Positions 40,294 to 50,724 of a stretch of 64,000 nt of DNA are shown here, piece by piece. How positions within the stretch are numbered: position 1 is the stretch's first letter; every line of letters starts with the position of its first letter. The position numbers and the translations under genes are program-made. Below the pieces are notes generated by a model. That model saw nothing but the letters and a program-made list of their open reading frames with translations, was not told where the DNA came from and did no database searches. This DNA comes from Spirochaetaceae bacterium (lineage in GTDB: Bacteria > Spirochaetota > Spirochaetia > DSM-2461): NCBI GenBank assembly GCA_965224705.1, contig OZ245056.1, positions 2,560,001 to 2,624,000 on the forward strand, given 5' to 3'.

Positions 40294-41571
40294 TTATCGG
40301 GAGGCCTTTTTCAATGCGGACTTCAGATCGGATAATATATCTTCTGATTCTTCAATGCCAATGGATAAGCGTATCAGATCCGATTGCACCCCTGCCTTGA
40401 TTAAGTCATTCTCGCTGAGTTGGGAATGAGTTGTGGATGCCGGATGTATGGCCAGGCTTTTTGCATCGCCCACATTTGCAACATGGCTGAAGAGCTGGAG
40501 ACTTTCTATGAAACGTGCTCCCGCTTCCCTGCCTCCCTTGATTCCAAATACTACCATTCCACCAAACCCTTTTTTCAAGTAATGTGACGAGATCCTGTAA
40601 TTGCTGTTATTCTTTTCAAGACCGGGATAGTTTACCCAGGACACAGCAGGGTGATCACTGAGGAAATCGGCCACAATGGATGCATTTTCGGAATGCTTTT
40701 CCATACGCAGGGCCAGGGTTTCCAGACCCTGGAGGAATATCCAGTCGTTATCAGGACTGAGGCATGCTCCGAGATTCCTTATTTGAACCAGACGCATTCT
40801 CAATATATAGGCAAGGGGAGTCAGTTCGCCAAGGTCATGGGCGTAGCGGAGTCCATGATAGCCTGTATCCGGTACATTGAAAGTAGAAAATTTCGGGTCA
40901 GTCCAGTCGAATTTGCCAGTATCAACAACAATGCCGCCAATGCCCGTACCATGACCTCCTATCCACTTTGTCAGTGAATGGATTATGACATCGGCTCCAT
41001 GTTCAACAGCTCTGAACAGGTATGGTGTGGTAAATGTGGCATCAACCAGAACTGGAATGTGGGCATCGGCTGCGACTTGCTTGATCCTGTCAAAGTCGGG
41101 AACTCTCAATGAGGGATTCCCAATCGTTTCATAGTAGAATCCCCGTGTTTTACTGGTGACCGCCGCCTTCCATTCATCAATTCTGTGAGGGTTGACGAAT
41201 TTTACTGTGATGCCGAAATTGGGTAGAATCTCCTTGAACTGTGTGAATGTTCCACCGTAAAGCTCAGAAGACGCAACAATCTCATCTCCCGCTTTTGCGA
41301 CATTGACTATGCTATTGAAAATGGCCGCAGTGCCTGAGGCATGGGCCAGTGCTCCAACCCCACCTTCCAATTCGGTTAATCGGGCTTCAAGTATATCCTG
41401 TGTGGGATTCTGAAGACGAGTGTAGATATGCCCCAATTCTTTGAGAGCAAAAAGATCAGCCGCATGTTCCGAATCCCTGAAATTGTAGGCTGTTGTCCGG
41501 TGTACCGGAACGGCACGAACAGAATGCTCCCGTCCCCATCCTCCATGAATGGCTGTCGTTGTAAATCCCAT
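40294..41571 (-). CDS. metY: O-acetylhomoserine aminocarboxypropyltransferase/sulfhydrylase
   Basis: IYTRLQNPT, HSLTKWIGGHG, GLETLALRM, ANVGDAKSL, HPASTTH; TAATG coupling to cysK. Confidence 0.93.
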   Translation of the reverse strand: MGFTTTAIHGGWGREHSVRAVPVHRTTAYNFRDSEHAADLFALKELGHIYTRLQNPTQDILEARLTELEGGVGALAHASGTAAIFNSIVNVAKAGDEIVASSELYGGTFTQFKEILPNFGITVKFVNPHRIDEWKAAVTSKTRGFYYETIGNPSLRVPDFDRIKQVAADAHIPVLVDATFTTPYLFRAVEHGADVIIHSLTKWIGGHGTGIGGIVVDTGKFDWTDPKFSTFNVPDTGYHGLRYAHDLGELTPLAYILRMRLVQIRNLGACLSPDNDWIFLQGLETLALRMEKHSENASIVADFLSDHPAVSWVNYPGLEKNNSNYRISSHYLKKGFGGMVVFGIKGGREAGARFIESLQLFSHVANVGDAKSLAIHPASTTHSQLSENDLIKAGVQSDLIRLSIGIEESEDILSDLKSALKKASR

Positions 41572-42500
41572 TATTGTCCCTCCTTCTGGAAAAGCCATGT
41601 ACTCAAATAACGTTCACCGGTGTCGCAGGCTATGGTAACGATATTCTTGTTTCTATATTTTTTCTGACTGCCTACCTGCATGGCCGCCGCTACATTGGAA
41701 CCCGATGATATGCCTGCGAAAATACCTTCCTCGCAGGCCAGACGACGGGTTATTCTTCCCGCTTCATCAGCTTCTATCTGTATTACTTCATCGATTAAAT
41801 CGACATCAAGAATGCCTGGAATGAATCCTGCGCCAATTCCCTGTATTTTATGAGGTCCCGGTGGATTGCCGGAAAGAACGGAGGATGCTGCAGGTTCGAC
41901 GGCTACCGAGTGGACATTGGCTGATTGTTTTTTCATGTATCGAGATACACCTGTAAAGGTTCCCCCGGTTCCCACACCTGCAACGAACACGGAAATTTCA
42001 CCATTGAGATCCCTGTATATTTCCGGTCCGGTTGTGGCCTCATGCCAGGCTGGATTGGCTTCATTGTCAAATTGCTTAAGACTGATGGCTTCTTTTATTG
42101 ATTCTGTTATCTCCTGGGCTTTCTTGATTGCGCCAGTCATTCCTTCATGAGCAGGCGTAAGGTGCAGGGTTGCTCCAAGGGCTGTCAATATTCGGAATCT
42201 TTCCATACTCATGGATTCCGGCATGGTCAGTGCAAGTCTATATCCACGCTGGGCACAGATAAAGGCCAGAGCAATGCCTGTATTTCCGCTGGTAGGTTCA
42301 ACAATGAGTGACTCTGGTCCCAGCAATCCTTTCTTCTCGGCGTCCCGTATCAATGCTGTTCCCAGTCTGTCCTTTACACTGCTCATCGGGTTGAGGGATT
42401 CCAGTTTCAAATAAATTGATGCGCCCACTTCATCTGAAATCGTACTCAGTTTGATCATGGGTGTATTCCCAATAAGCTCTGTCATGTTATTGACCAGCAT
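41571..42500 (-). CDS. cysK: Cysteine synthase A
   Basis: IGNTP, NPMSSVKDR, EPTSGNTG, GVGTGGT, HKIQGIGAGF, DTGERYLS. Confidence 0.96.
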   Translation of the reverse strand: MLVNNMTELIGNTPMIKLSTISDEVGASIYLKLESLNPMSSVKDRLGTALIRDAEKKGLLGPESLIVEPTSGNTGIALAFICAQRGYRLALTMPESMSMERFRILTALGATLHLTPAHEGMTGAIKKAQEITESIKEAISLKQFDNEANPAWHEATTGPEIYRDLNGEISVFVAGVGTGGTFTGVSRYMKKQSANVHSVAVEPAASSVLSGNPPGPHKIQGIGAGFIPGILDVDLIDEVIQIEADEAGRITRRLACEEGIFAGISSGSNVAAAMQVGSQKKYRNKNIVTIACDTGERYLSTWLFQKEGQ

Positions 42501-42547
42501 GAATAACTCCTTGCAAGTTGATTATATCAAGTGTAATACTCATGATT

Positions 42548-43546
42548 TCAAGTAGCAAGTATCCTGCCAGGCCTATTATAAAACTCCCTGTAAACTTCCC
42601 ATGTACTGGAAAGAAGAGTCTCTGCATCACTGCGGTTTGCTGTCCATTTCAAAACTTCCCCGGCCCGTCTGGATGAGGCGATGAGTTTGGCCGGATCTCC
42701 CTTCCGGCGGGGGCCAACCTCGTATGGAATATCGACCCCGGTTATTCGAATGCCTTCCCTGACTACTTGAGCGACACTGATGCCGGATTCACTTCCGAGA
42801 TTTATTTTAATGCTCTTCTGTGTGCCTGTTATATACTTCATGGAGGAAACATGAGCATCAGCAAGATCAGAGACATGAACATAGTCACGAATGCAGGTGC
42901 CGTCCGGGGTATCGTAATCATCCCCATTGATTCTAAGACAGTCCCTTCTTCCTACGGCTGTTTCCATCAATATGGGTATCAGATTTTGTGGATCGTGTTC
43001 AGGTTCTGGTACACGGGATTGGATGTCATAGCCGGCAGCATTGAAGTAACGAAGTGAGGCGAATTTCATTCCCCAGAGTTCTTCATACCAGTCCATCAGA
43101 TTTTCAATCTCCAGTTTTGTGAATCCATAGAAGTTTTTCGGAGTTCTGGAATGATTTTCATCGATGGGCAGGTATTCTGGTTCACCGAAAATGGCTGCGG
43201 ATGAAGAAAATACAAGTGCCTGTATTCCAGTCTCATGCATTGTGTTGAGGATGTTTATTGTCCCTGAGATGTTATTCACAGAGTACTTGCCCGGGTTTTC
43301 CATTGATTCTCCGGCAGCTTTGAATGCTGCCAGATGAACAATCCCGTCCCAGCCCCTGGAAAATATGCTTCTCAGGCAATCGTTATCCAGGATATTTCCC
43401 TCATAGATTTCTATGTGCTCCGGAGTGTTTATCCGGCTGCCAGTGGAGAAATCGTCCAGGACAGCGATCTGGTCTCCATTATCCATAAAAGCATGGGCAA
43501 CATGACTTCCTATGTATCCTGCCCCGCCGATGATGAGAATTTTCAT
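42548..43546 (-). CDS. galE: UDP-glucose 4-epimerase
   Basis: GGAGYIGSH, FSSSAA, YGFTK, LRYFNAAG, DGTCIRDYVHV. Confidence 0.95.
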   Translation of the reverse strand: MKILIIGGAGYIGSHVAHAFMDNGDQIAVLDDFSTGSRINTPEHIEIYEGNILDNDCLRSIFSRGWDGIVHLAAFKAAGESMENPGKYSVNNISGTINILNTMHETGIQALVFSSSAAIFGEPEYLPIDENHSRTPKNFYGFTKLEIENLMDWYEELWGMKFASLRYFNAAGYDIQSRVPEPEHDPQNLIPILMETAVGRRDCLRINGDDYDTPDGTCIRDYVHVSDLADAHVSSMKYITGTQKSIKINLGSESGISVAQVVREGIRITGVDIPYEVGPRRKGDPAKLIASSRRAGEVLKWTANRSDAETLLSSTWEVYREFYNRPGRILAT

Positions 43547-43649
43547 TTTTTTTCCTTGTTTTACAGCAGAAGTAACTCCTCAAACTACATGCTGCAATGG
43601 TATTGGATTAAGTCACCGGTTTACAGGGGGGACTCGTTTTTCTTTATAT

Positions 43650-43667
43650 ACAGGCTTCCTGACACTG
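43650..43667. repeat. Isolated MITE-B terminal repeat
   Basis: ACAGGCTTCCTGACACTG, matches 7198-7215 with one mismatch. Confidence 0.55.
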
Positions 43668-43745
43668 CGGAAGTGATATCTTCCCATGAACCCTGCACCT
43701 GAGACCGGCAGCATGAGATCTGTTGATTCTCAAAACCGGGAATAA

Positions 43746-44102
43746 TTATTTTACCCCTAATTTCTCCTCAATGATTTTTTCCAGAGAAGCCTTTGTTTGA
43801 GCCCCGGCGGACATCGTTGGCTGTCCTTTGACAGGGATAAACATCAGGGTTGGTATACTCGATATGTTGTATTGCATCGCCAACTCCTGCTGAGTATCAG
43901 TATCAACTTTCCATACATTGAGTTTACCAGCGAATTTAGAGGCGAGTTCATCGATAATAGGGGCTATCATTTTACAGGGGCCGCACCAGTCAGCATAAAA
44001 ATCAATCAAACCAGGAACATCACCTTTGTAGTTCCATTCCCCTCCAGTGCTGTAATCATGAATCTTTTCCTTAAATCCATCCGCTGTAAGCAGTTCTGCC
44101 AT
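43746..44102 (-). CDS. trxA: Thioredoxin
   Basis: DFYADWCGPCK, SIPT; AAGGAG RBS before ATG 44102. Confidence 0.95.
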   Translation of the reverse strand: MAELLTADGFKEKIHDYSTGGEWNYKGDVPGLIDFYADWCGPCKMIAPIIDELASKFAGKLNVWKVDTDTQQELAMQYNISSIPTLMFIPVKGQPTMSAGAQTKASLEKIIEEKLGVK

Positions 44103-44285
44103 TGAAAGCTCCTTTGATGCTATTGCACCTTGTGTGTTGTATATCAATATATCTATATATGGATATAATGGCAAGGTCTGGATGGATTTTCTTCACAGAC
44201 CCAGGAGGAAATTGTATTCTGAATACACCCCGACCCTTATCGCTGCTGGAGGTGGAAGGTGTGTCTGCTTTGCTGAATCACAACT

Positions 44286-44375
44286 ATCAATGAGTATTGA
44301 ACGACTATATTGGGCAAGGATCTTCATCTAACCGAATTCAGATGAAACCAGGTCATAACAAGCTTTCTGACACTG
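44286..44375 (-). mobile_element. MITE-B partial copy
   Basis: Reverse complement of 6991-7080 with 84/90 identity by manual alignment. Confidence 0.8.
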
Positions 44376-44453
44376 TGGATGCCTGGGGCAGTGAGTATTT
44401 TTCTGACCGGTTGTGCTGAGATGGCCGCAGTGATTTTTAGGAGTGGATTGTCC

Positions 44454-45098
44454 ATGAATTCCATGAGAAATATTGAAATTCCGCCATTATATCAGAGGTA
44501 TTTTATAGATAGATCTGATGAAAGGAGAATTCTTTTTGAGAAAATTACTGCTCTTTATCGGCCTCAAAGAGGGATTTATCCCGGAAGTTTTGTGCACATC
44601 ACGCCTTCGTTTTACATAAAGGATATGACTTATATTGATTCTGACAAAAGAATAAAAAGGTTTTTTGCAGATGAAAACGTAATGAGCTACATTGAATCCA
44701 ATAAGCTTTACAGCGAAACTGCTGTTGTCAATGGAATTCAGGCAGATTATTCGGCTGAGCTTCCTCTGGAAAATAATACCTTTGACATCATGTTTTCATT
44801 CTATGCAGGTTTCATTTCTCAATCCTGTAAAAAATATTTGAAATCCGGTGGTGTCCTTGTATGCAATAACAGCCATGGTGATGCCAGCATTGCCTCTCTG
44901 GACAGGGAGTATGAACTGACAGGAGTTGTGAAGAGAAATGGGAACAGGTTCAGTATCACGAACAAGGATCTGCATACGTATTTCATCAAAAAGGATGGAA
45001 GTGCGGTTGATCGAGTGAAAGTTGAATCAAGAATGACAGGAGAGCGCTTTACTCGAAAAGGCTACGCATATGTATTTAAGTATACCCATCGCAAATAG
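44454..45098 (+). CDS. Hypothetical protein, class I SAM-methyltransferase-like
   Basis: IYPGS..YIDSD..FDIMFS..LKSGGVLV pattern; AGGAG RBS before ATG 44454. Confidence 0.6.
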   Translation: MNSMRNIEIPPLYQRYFIDRSDERRILFEKITALYRPQRGIYPGSFVHITPSFYIKDMTYIDSDKRIKRFFADENVMSYIESNKLYSETAVVNGIQADYSAELPLENNTFDIMFSFYAGFISQSCKKYLKSGGVLVCNNSHGDASIASLDREYELTGVVKRNGNRFSITNKDLHTYFIKKDGSAVDRVKVESRMTGERFTRKGYAYVFKYTHRK

Positions 45099-45099
45099 A

Positions 45100-45209
45100 T
45101 GAGTGCCGGACGGTTGGCCGTGATTGGTATCCGGGGTGATGAAAACAAAGCCGTCAGAGGCGGCTATTGACTTTTCCGGCAGTGTTACCTGCAGATCGTG
45201 AATCTTCAA
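45100..45209 (-). pseudogene. Remnant of NADPH-dependent FMN reductase
   Basis: IAASDGFVFITPDTNHG resembles the ADGFVFVTPEYNHG motif; no full ORF. Confidence 0.55.
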
Positions 45210-45227
45210 TCCAGGTTCAACAGGCGG

Positions 45228-45599
45228 TCACACGTGCTGGTCGAACAGAATTGTATTACCATCCGGGTCGAGCACAACAAAGCTTGCAGGCCCTTCAGTA
45301 CCTTCATCCGCTTCACTCTCGAATTTCAATCCCTGTGCCTTAAGAGTCTGCTGGATTTTGCGAATATCCGTGAATGATTCCAGGCGATTCGCATCCTGAT
45401 TCCATCCCGGATTGAATGTCAATATGTTTTCCTTGAACATGCCCTGAAACAGTCCGATGACATGATCCTGATTCTTCATGATCAGCCAATTCTGATCTGC
45501 GTCCCCACTAAATACCTGGAAACCGAGTTTCTCATAAAAAGTTCTGGAATTCTCCAGGTTTTTAACAGTTAAACTGACCGAAAATGCCCCTAATTCCAT
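45228..45599 (-). CDS. VOC/glyoxalase family protein
   Basis: FSVSLTVKNL..FYEKLGF; DPDGNTILFDQH. Confidence 0.9.
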   Translation of the reverse strand: MELGAFSVSLTVKNLENSRTFYEKLGFQVFSGDADQNWLIMKNQDHVIGLFQGMFKENILTFNPGWNQDANRLESFTDIRKIQQTLKAQGLKFESEADEGTEGPASFVVLDPDGNTILFDQHV

Positions 45600-45621
45600 A
45601 TCAATCCTCCTGGGAGTCTGG

Positions 45622-45739
45622 GAGTCTGTCGGATTTACGCCTTGCGGCTCGATTTTTGCCCGCCTGTTGGCGGACAGGTCGCCTTGTATCGGAAAAAATC
45701 ATCGAAAATCGCCTCGAAGTCTTAAAGTCCGACAGACTC
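45622..45739 (-). mobile_element. MITE-A copy 6 (118-nt form)
   Basis: TIRs; CTGG/CTGG duplication; centre replaced by CGCCTGTTGGCGGACAGG. Confidence 0.9.
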
Positions 45740-45806
45740 CTGGTTAAAGAAGGTTCATAGACTTTTTGATCGGCCATGCATCCTGGCCGGAAAACTATTG
45801 CTCCTG

Positions 45807-46127
45807 TTATTCGACTGCAACAATCCGGCTCAGTGCAACAGACCGCTTACGGCCTCCTACTTCCACCTGCACTTTGTCCGCAAAGATGCCTATCACTTCT
45901 GCTTTGAGTAATTGCCCGCCCGGGGTGCTCTGGTAGAAGGAAATCTTTTGATGAATCTTTATTTTATCTCTTAACTTACGAGAATTCAATTCAGCTTTTT
46001 TGAGAGATTCCTCTCTTTCTTTCAGGCGGATTTTTACTGCAATTTCAGTCTTCAGTATCTTCAGCTCATCGACACTCAATGGACTCAGTATGGACTCAAA
46101 TTTCAATAACTTTCTTGGTCTGGACAT
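45807..46127 (-). CDS. Hypothetical basic protein (helix plus SH3/KOW-like end)
   Basis: 106-aa ORF with GGAGAG RBS and upstream promoter. Confidence 0.7.
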   Translation of the reverse strand: MSRPRKLLKFESILSPLSVDELKILKTEIAVKIRLKEREESLKKAELNSRKLRDKIKIHQKISFYQSTPGGQLLKAEVIGIFADKVQVEVGGRKRSVALSRIVAVE

Positions 46128-46166
46128 TTATATCTCTCCCTAAAATATGTTCTTTTAATTTTAATC

Positions 46167-46195
46167 ATGTTAAGAATATTAAACCGTGTTGTCAA
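46167..46195 (-). promoter_or_regulatory. Sigma70-type promoter
   Basis: Minus strand TTGACA-17 nt-TAACAT upstream of 46127. Confidence 0.6.
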
Positions 46196-46235
46196 GTTAT
46201 TCGCCGTTTAAATCTTAAAAACATCAGAAAGTATG

Positions 46236-47699
46236 CTAATTTTCCAGTGATTTCATCCCTCTCATCTGTTCTCTCAGTGTTTTACCAATCCTTTCAATTG
46301 GATGACTACGAATAGCATTGTTGACACTGATGAGTTCTTTATCAGAAATAGCTGTATCCTGTCGGTATAATTGCCCTAAATCACCGACATCTAACTGCCT
46401 GGTAAAATCTTTTAAAAGAGGCATTGCATCCTGAGTGAACAGATAATTCCCATATTCGGCTGTATCAGAGATAACTCGATTCATTTCATAGAGCTTTTTT
46501 CTACTGATGAGGTTTGCAATGAGAGGTAATTCGTGGAGGGATTCGTAGTAGGCAGATTCTTCCTTTATTCCTGACTCAACCATTACTTCAAAGGCAGATT
46601 CTATCCCTGCTTTGACCATGGCGACCATTGCTGTACCCTCGTCAAAATATGTCTGATATGGAAGTCTGTCAGCATCCGAAGTCTTTTCAAATGCCGTTTC
46701 ACCCGTTTCCTGCCTCCATGCAAGAAGATCCTTATCACCAGCCGCCCAGTCTTTCATCATTGTTTCTGAAAAACTTCCTGACAGGATATTGTCCATGTGC
46801 TTACGAAAGAGATTGAGCATGATAGTTTTCAGTTGAATTGAAAGTTCATGGGCACGGATTTTAGCTGTATTTGAGAGGCGATCCATCATGTGTGTGATGC
46901 CGCCATGTTTCAGAGCTTCAGTAATACTCTCCCAGCCGAATTGAACTAATGAGGCAGCTTTGCGTTCGTCAACACCGCTTGCCAGCATTTTGTCATAGCA
47001 GAGAAGAGTTCCGGTCTGCAGCATTCCGCAGAGAATAGTCTGCTCACCCATAAGGTCGGATTTCACCTCTGCGACAAAGGAAGAGGCCAATACTCCAGCA
47101 CGATCAGAACCCAGGCCTGCAGCATAGGCCCTGGCGATATCCCAGCCCTTATTGACCGGGTCGTTTACAGGATGGACGGCAATGAGAGTCGGGGTACCAA
47201 AGCCGCGCTTATATTCTTCACGAACCTCTGAGCCCGGGCCTTTGGGGGCAATCATTATTACGGTAATATCATCCCGGATTTTCATACCTTCCTCAACGAT
47301 GTTGAAACCATGGGAATAGCCAAGTGCCGATCCCTTTTTCATCAGAGGGATAATCCTTGACACCACCGCACTATGCTGCTTATCAGGAGTAAGATTCATT
47401 ACAAGATCGGCCATCGGTATGAGTTCTTCAAAAGTTCCCACTTCAAATTTGTTCTCAGCAGCATTTTTCCATGACAGCCGCTTTTCAGAAATTGATTCAT
47501 TGCGCAGTGCATAAGCAACATTCAACCCACTGTCGCGAAGATTAAGGCCCTGATTCAGACCCTGAGCTCCGCATCCCAGGATTACAATTCGCCAATCTTT
47601 GATTGCTGTTGTGCCGTTAAATTCACCTGCATCCATAAATCGGCAGGTACCGAGCTGCTGTACTTTTTCCCTGAAAGGAAGAGCATTAAAGTAATTCAT
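46236..47699 (-). CDS. ilvC: Ketol-acid reductoisomerase (long, class II form)
   Basis: [60 protein letters not shown]; ~487 aa. Confidence 0.96.
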   Translation of the reverse strand: MNYFNALPFREKVQQLGTCRFMDAGEFNGTTAIKDWRIVILGCGAQGLNQGLNLRDSGLNVAYALRNESISEKRLSWKNAAENKFEVGTFEELIPMADLVMNLTPDKQHSAVVSRIIPLMKKGSALGYSHGFNIVEEGMKIRDDITVIMIAPKGPGSEVREEYKRGFGTPTLIAVHPVNDPVNKGWDIARAYAAGLGSDRAGVLASSFVAEVKSDLMGEQTILCGMLQTGTLLCYDKMLASGVDERKAASLVQFGWESITEALKHGGITHMMDRLSNTAKIRAHELSIQLKTIMLNLFRKHMDNILSGSFSETMMKDWAAGDKDLLAWRQETGETAFEKTSDADRLPYQTYFDEGTAMVAMVKAGIESAFEVMVESGIKEESAYYESLHELPLIANLISRKKLYEMNRVISDTAEYGNYLFTQDAMPLLKDFTRQLDVGDLGQLYRQDTAISDKELISVNNAIRSHPIERIGKTLREQMRGMKSLEN

Positions 47700-47746
47700 T
47701 GAGTTTCTCCAGATGTGCCAAGAATAGAATGACTTCCGCCTGGGAG

Positions 47747-48739
47747 TCAATTCCCAATCGTGGCCAATATCACTGATTTTATCGTGTGCATTCGGTTTTC
47801 CGCCTGATCAAAAACCACGGATCGACTGGAGCGAAAGACCTCATCACTCACCTCCATGGAGTCTATATTGTGGTCAATTGCAGCCTTTCTACCAATTTCT
47901 GTTTCCTCATCATGGAATGCAGGCAGACAGTGCATGAACAGGGTCTCGGAATTTCCAGTCTTTTCCATAATATTTTTATCAACCTTATATGGTTTGAGCA
48001 TAGCTATTCTTTCGGCCAATCGGTCTTCTTCCCCCAGGGATGCCCAGACATCCGTGTAGATGGCATCAGCACCTTTGATCCCCTCGAATACATCATCGGT
48101 TATTGTGATCTCTGCCCCGGTTTCGCTGGCAACCTGCCGGGTATAGTCTATGATGTCTTTGGCTGGAAACAGAGATGGCGGTGCAATGGCTGTCAATGTC
48201 ATGCCTGTTTGAGCGGCACCAATAAGCAGGGAATTCCCCATGTTGTTGTGCGCATCACCGATGAATACAAGTTTCATACTCCTGAATGATTTTGAGGTGT
48301 GCTCACGCAGCGTCATGAGATCTGCCAGAACCTGGGTTGGATGATAGAGATCGGTCAGGCCGTTCCAGACGGGAACTCCTGAAAATTCTGCCAGAGTTTC
48401 AACTGTTTTTTGATGAAATCCTCTGAACTCAATTCCATCGTAGTATCGGCCAAGGACTCTGGCTGTGTCTTCAATGGATTCTTTCCTTCCCATTTGACTG
48501 TTGGTAAGAAAGGTTACACATCCTCCTTCATCATACACCGCCACTTCAAAAGCACACCGGGTACGTGTGGATGCTTTCTCAAAAATGAGTATGATATTCT
48601 TTCCTTTCAGTCCCTCTCCACGGATGCCTGAGCGTTTTTTCGACTTCAAATCAACAGCAGAATCGATAAGAAAGATAATCTCTTCCGGTGTGAAGTCCCG
48701 GAGGGTCAATAAAGATCTTCCTCTCAGGTTGATTGACAT
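47747..48739 (-). CDS. argF: Ornithine carbamoyltransferase
   Basis: [36 protein letters not shown]. Confidence 0.95.
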   Translation of the reverse strand: MSINLRGRSLLTLRDFTPEEIIFLIDSAVDLKSKKRSGIRGEGLKGKNIILIFEKASTRTRCAFEVAVYDEGGCVTFLTNSQMGRKESIEDTARVLGRYYDGIEFRGFHQKTVETLAEFSGVPVWNGLTDLYHPTQVLADLMTLREHTSKSFRSMKLVFIGDAHNNMGNSLLIGAAQTGMTLTAIAPPSLFPAKDIIDYTRQVASETGAEITITDDVFEGIKGADAIYTDVWASLGEEDRLAERIAMLKPYKVDKNIMEKTGNSETLFMHCLPAFHDEETEIGRKAAIDHNIDSMEVSDEVFRSSRSVVFDQAENRMHTIKSVILATIGN

Positions 48740-48855
48740 GGCTGATACCTCTCATTCGGGAATGCTGTGAGACTTCTAATGAAGCAGGTTTATTCAAAAA
48801 TCTATGGTCATTCTATAAAACATGTATATCATGTACAATAAATCAGGGTGTAAAA

Positions 48856-49233
48856 ATGAATAGAAATTTCAAAAAACTGTTGGTATATGGCGGGCTTATC
48901 TCAGGGTTGTTATTGTTAACGGTTATAGCAGCGTTCATAGTTTTTCAAACCGGAGCAGCAGATGTTTCCATTCTGGTCAGGTCATTGATTACTGGCTGTG
49001 TGGTGGCTGGCCTGTATATACCATTTCTCTCATGGTTGTTTACGAGGTCGACAGCAATGAAACAGTATGCGGGTATTCCTCTTGAAGAAATAGTACTGAA
49101 TGAGGAACACCTTACAGAGGCTGTTTCATACTGGGTGTATATCAGATATAGAAAACACCTGGAAGGACGGATTCAGTTTCTGGAGGATAATGCAGGGAAT
49201 GTTACCTGCCGGGCAACTGTCCGGAAAGAATAA
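48856..49233 (+). CDS. Hypothetical membrane protein
   Basis: Two TM helices plus short soluble tail; ATG 48856. Confidence 0.65.
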   Translation: MNRNFKKLLVYGGLISGLLLLTVIAAFIVFQTGAADVSILVRSLITGCVVAGLYIPFLSWLFTRSTAMKQYAGIPLEEIVLNEEHLTEAVSYWVYIRYRKHLEGRIQFLEDNAGNVTCRATVRKE

Positions 49234-49439
49234 GCGTAAGAATAGCCGTATGCCGTGGAAGTGAACCGGTATGCAGGCACAAAACAGTTCGATTTCCTCT
49301 ATCGGTAAAGCAGGAGCCGATTCTTCCGGACAGATCAACCCTGGTTTGAGCAGTCTGATTATATTCTTCATACACCCTCCCAGGGAGTTTTACTTAAGAT
49401 TCTAACCTGGATTGAAGGATATTCCTGGATCGCTGGGGC

Positions 49440-49473
49440 AGGGTGGATGATTTCTTTAGCCTGGGGAATTTCT
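49440..49473 (+). repeat. 34-nt direct repeat, copy 1
   Basis: AGGGTGGATGATTTCTTTAGCCTGGGGAATTTCT, identical at 51096-51129. Confidence 0.9.
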
Positions 49474-49478
49474 GGGTA

Positions 49479-49507
49479 TTGACAAATATTTTGAAACTTG
49501 TTATATA
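49479..49507 (+). promoter_or_regulatory. Sigma70-type promoter
   Basis: TTGACA-17 nt-TATATA with TG extended -10. Confidence 0.6.
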
Positions 49508-49633
49508 AGTAGTGTAGGTGACATTCCTACATGGGGAGAATGGCTTCTCATGTAGCTGAAGAGTGTTTAGTTGAAAAATGCGCTTACAACGAACGCATTG
49601 AAGTATCGTTAGAATTCAAGGAGTAAAGATGTA

Positions 49634-49927
49634 ATGGAGAATTGGTTTGTTAAAACCGAGCCTAAGGAGGGAGAAAGGGAATTAGATACTATTGTGGCAG
49701 GAGCGCTTCAAGGCTGTTCAACGCGCCTGCGCGTCCAAGAAGTATTCTCCAAGTTTGAAATTAAAGACAATTCCAAGAAAATCAAATTGTTGCGCCAGGC
49801 CATGGGAAATCCGGAAACCTTCTATTCCCATGAACTTTCTGATGAAGACAAGCTTCAGCGGGAAATATCCATGCTTATCACCCATGCCTGGAAATTGAAT
49901 GAGGCCTATGCAAAAGCCGGTTTTTAG
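49634..49927 (+). CDS. Hypothetical protein (97 aa)
   Basis: AAGGAG RBS; ends 2 nt before the peptidase gene. Confidence 0.7.
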   Translation: MENWFVKTEPKEGERELDTIVAGALQGCSTRLRVQEVFSKFEIKDNSKKIKLLRQAMGNPETFYSHELSDEDKLQREISMLITHAWKLNEAYAKAGF

Positions 49928-49929
49928 AA

Positions 49930-50490
49930 ATGCCATTTGCTGTAACGGAGGGACTTCTTGGTAAGATAGCAGAGAAGTTGGGGATAAAAGTCGCACGTGT
50001 CAAAAAAATCAATAACCATTTCCAGAAAACTTTCCTGAGGGATGATGAGCATGGACTTGAAAACCAGTACCTAGCTCATCTTATTCGTTCTATGGAGAGT
50101 GTTCTCCGAAAAAAAACCAACAACTGGCTTTTCCAAATCCTTGTTCAAAAACTCCCCGAGGATGACCCAAAACTTGCTGTTGGAACAGGGCAATATCAGA
50201 AAAACCGGTTCTTCGTTGTATACTACCATCCCCGCATTGATCCGAAACAATTAAGAGTAGGCCTTGCCCATGAACTGGGCCATCTATATCTGACGGCTCT
50301 TATGGATCAGGAACAACCCAAAGAAGCAACAGAGGGACTCGCTTCAACCTTTGGCTGCCTGGCCATCATCGACAAGAACTGGTTCTACCAGGATAAGTGC
50401 AAAGATTTTCTACATTCCGATGCTTTAAGCATTGTGGATGATTTTGCTCAGTTGAACAATCGAAAGAAGGGAAAGTTTAACATCTCCTGA
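49930..50490 (+). CDS. ImmA/IrrE-like (M78/COG2856) metallopeptidase
   Basis: RVGLAHELGH followed by E..A..F; no HTH seen. Confidence 0.75.
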   Translation: MPFAVTEGLLGKIAEKLGIKVARVKKINNHFQKTFLRDDEHGLENQYLAHLIRSMESVLRKKTNNWLFQILVQKLPEDDPKLAVGTGQYQKNRFFVVYYHPRIDPKQLRVGLAHELGHLYLTALMDQEQPKEATEGLASTFGCLAIIDKNWFYQDKCKDFLHSDALSIVDDFAQLNNRKKGKFNIS

Positions 50491-50724
50491 AGCTAATCTT
50501 TCATGTCGATGGACATTGTGCTTAGGAAGTGTCATTGTTCATTTCGACAGGCTGAAAAGGCCGGACTTACTTCGAATTCTTCAGGCACCCGGCCATCTTT
50601 GGCCGAAGCCGAGTCAATAAGACTCCATTTGAAAACACGAGCAATAAACGGCGCTTTTTACCGACAGCGGCCATTACACCGAAGCCCAACAAGCTCAAAG
50701 TTACCGCTCTACTCTCAACTCTAG

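Noticed and set aside
46236..47699. Long-form IlvC as evidence of recent horizontal transfer
   Set aside because: Class II KARI occurs in several phyla; no compositional or mobility signal seen here.
49126..49371. Minus-strand 81-aa ORF with good RBS
   Set aside because: Overlaps the convergent gene by about 100 nt and has no recognisable motif; possibly a remnant.
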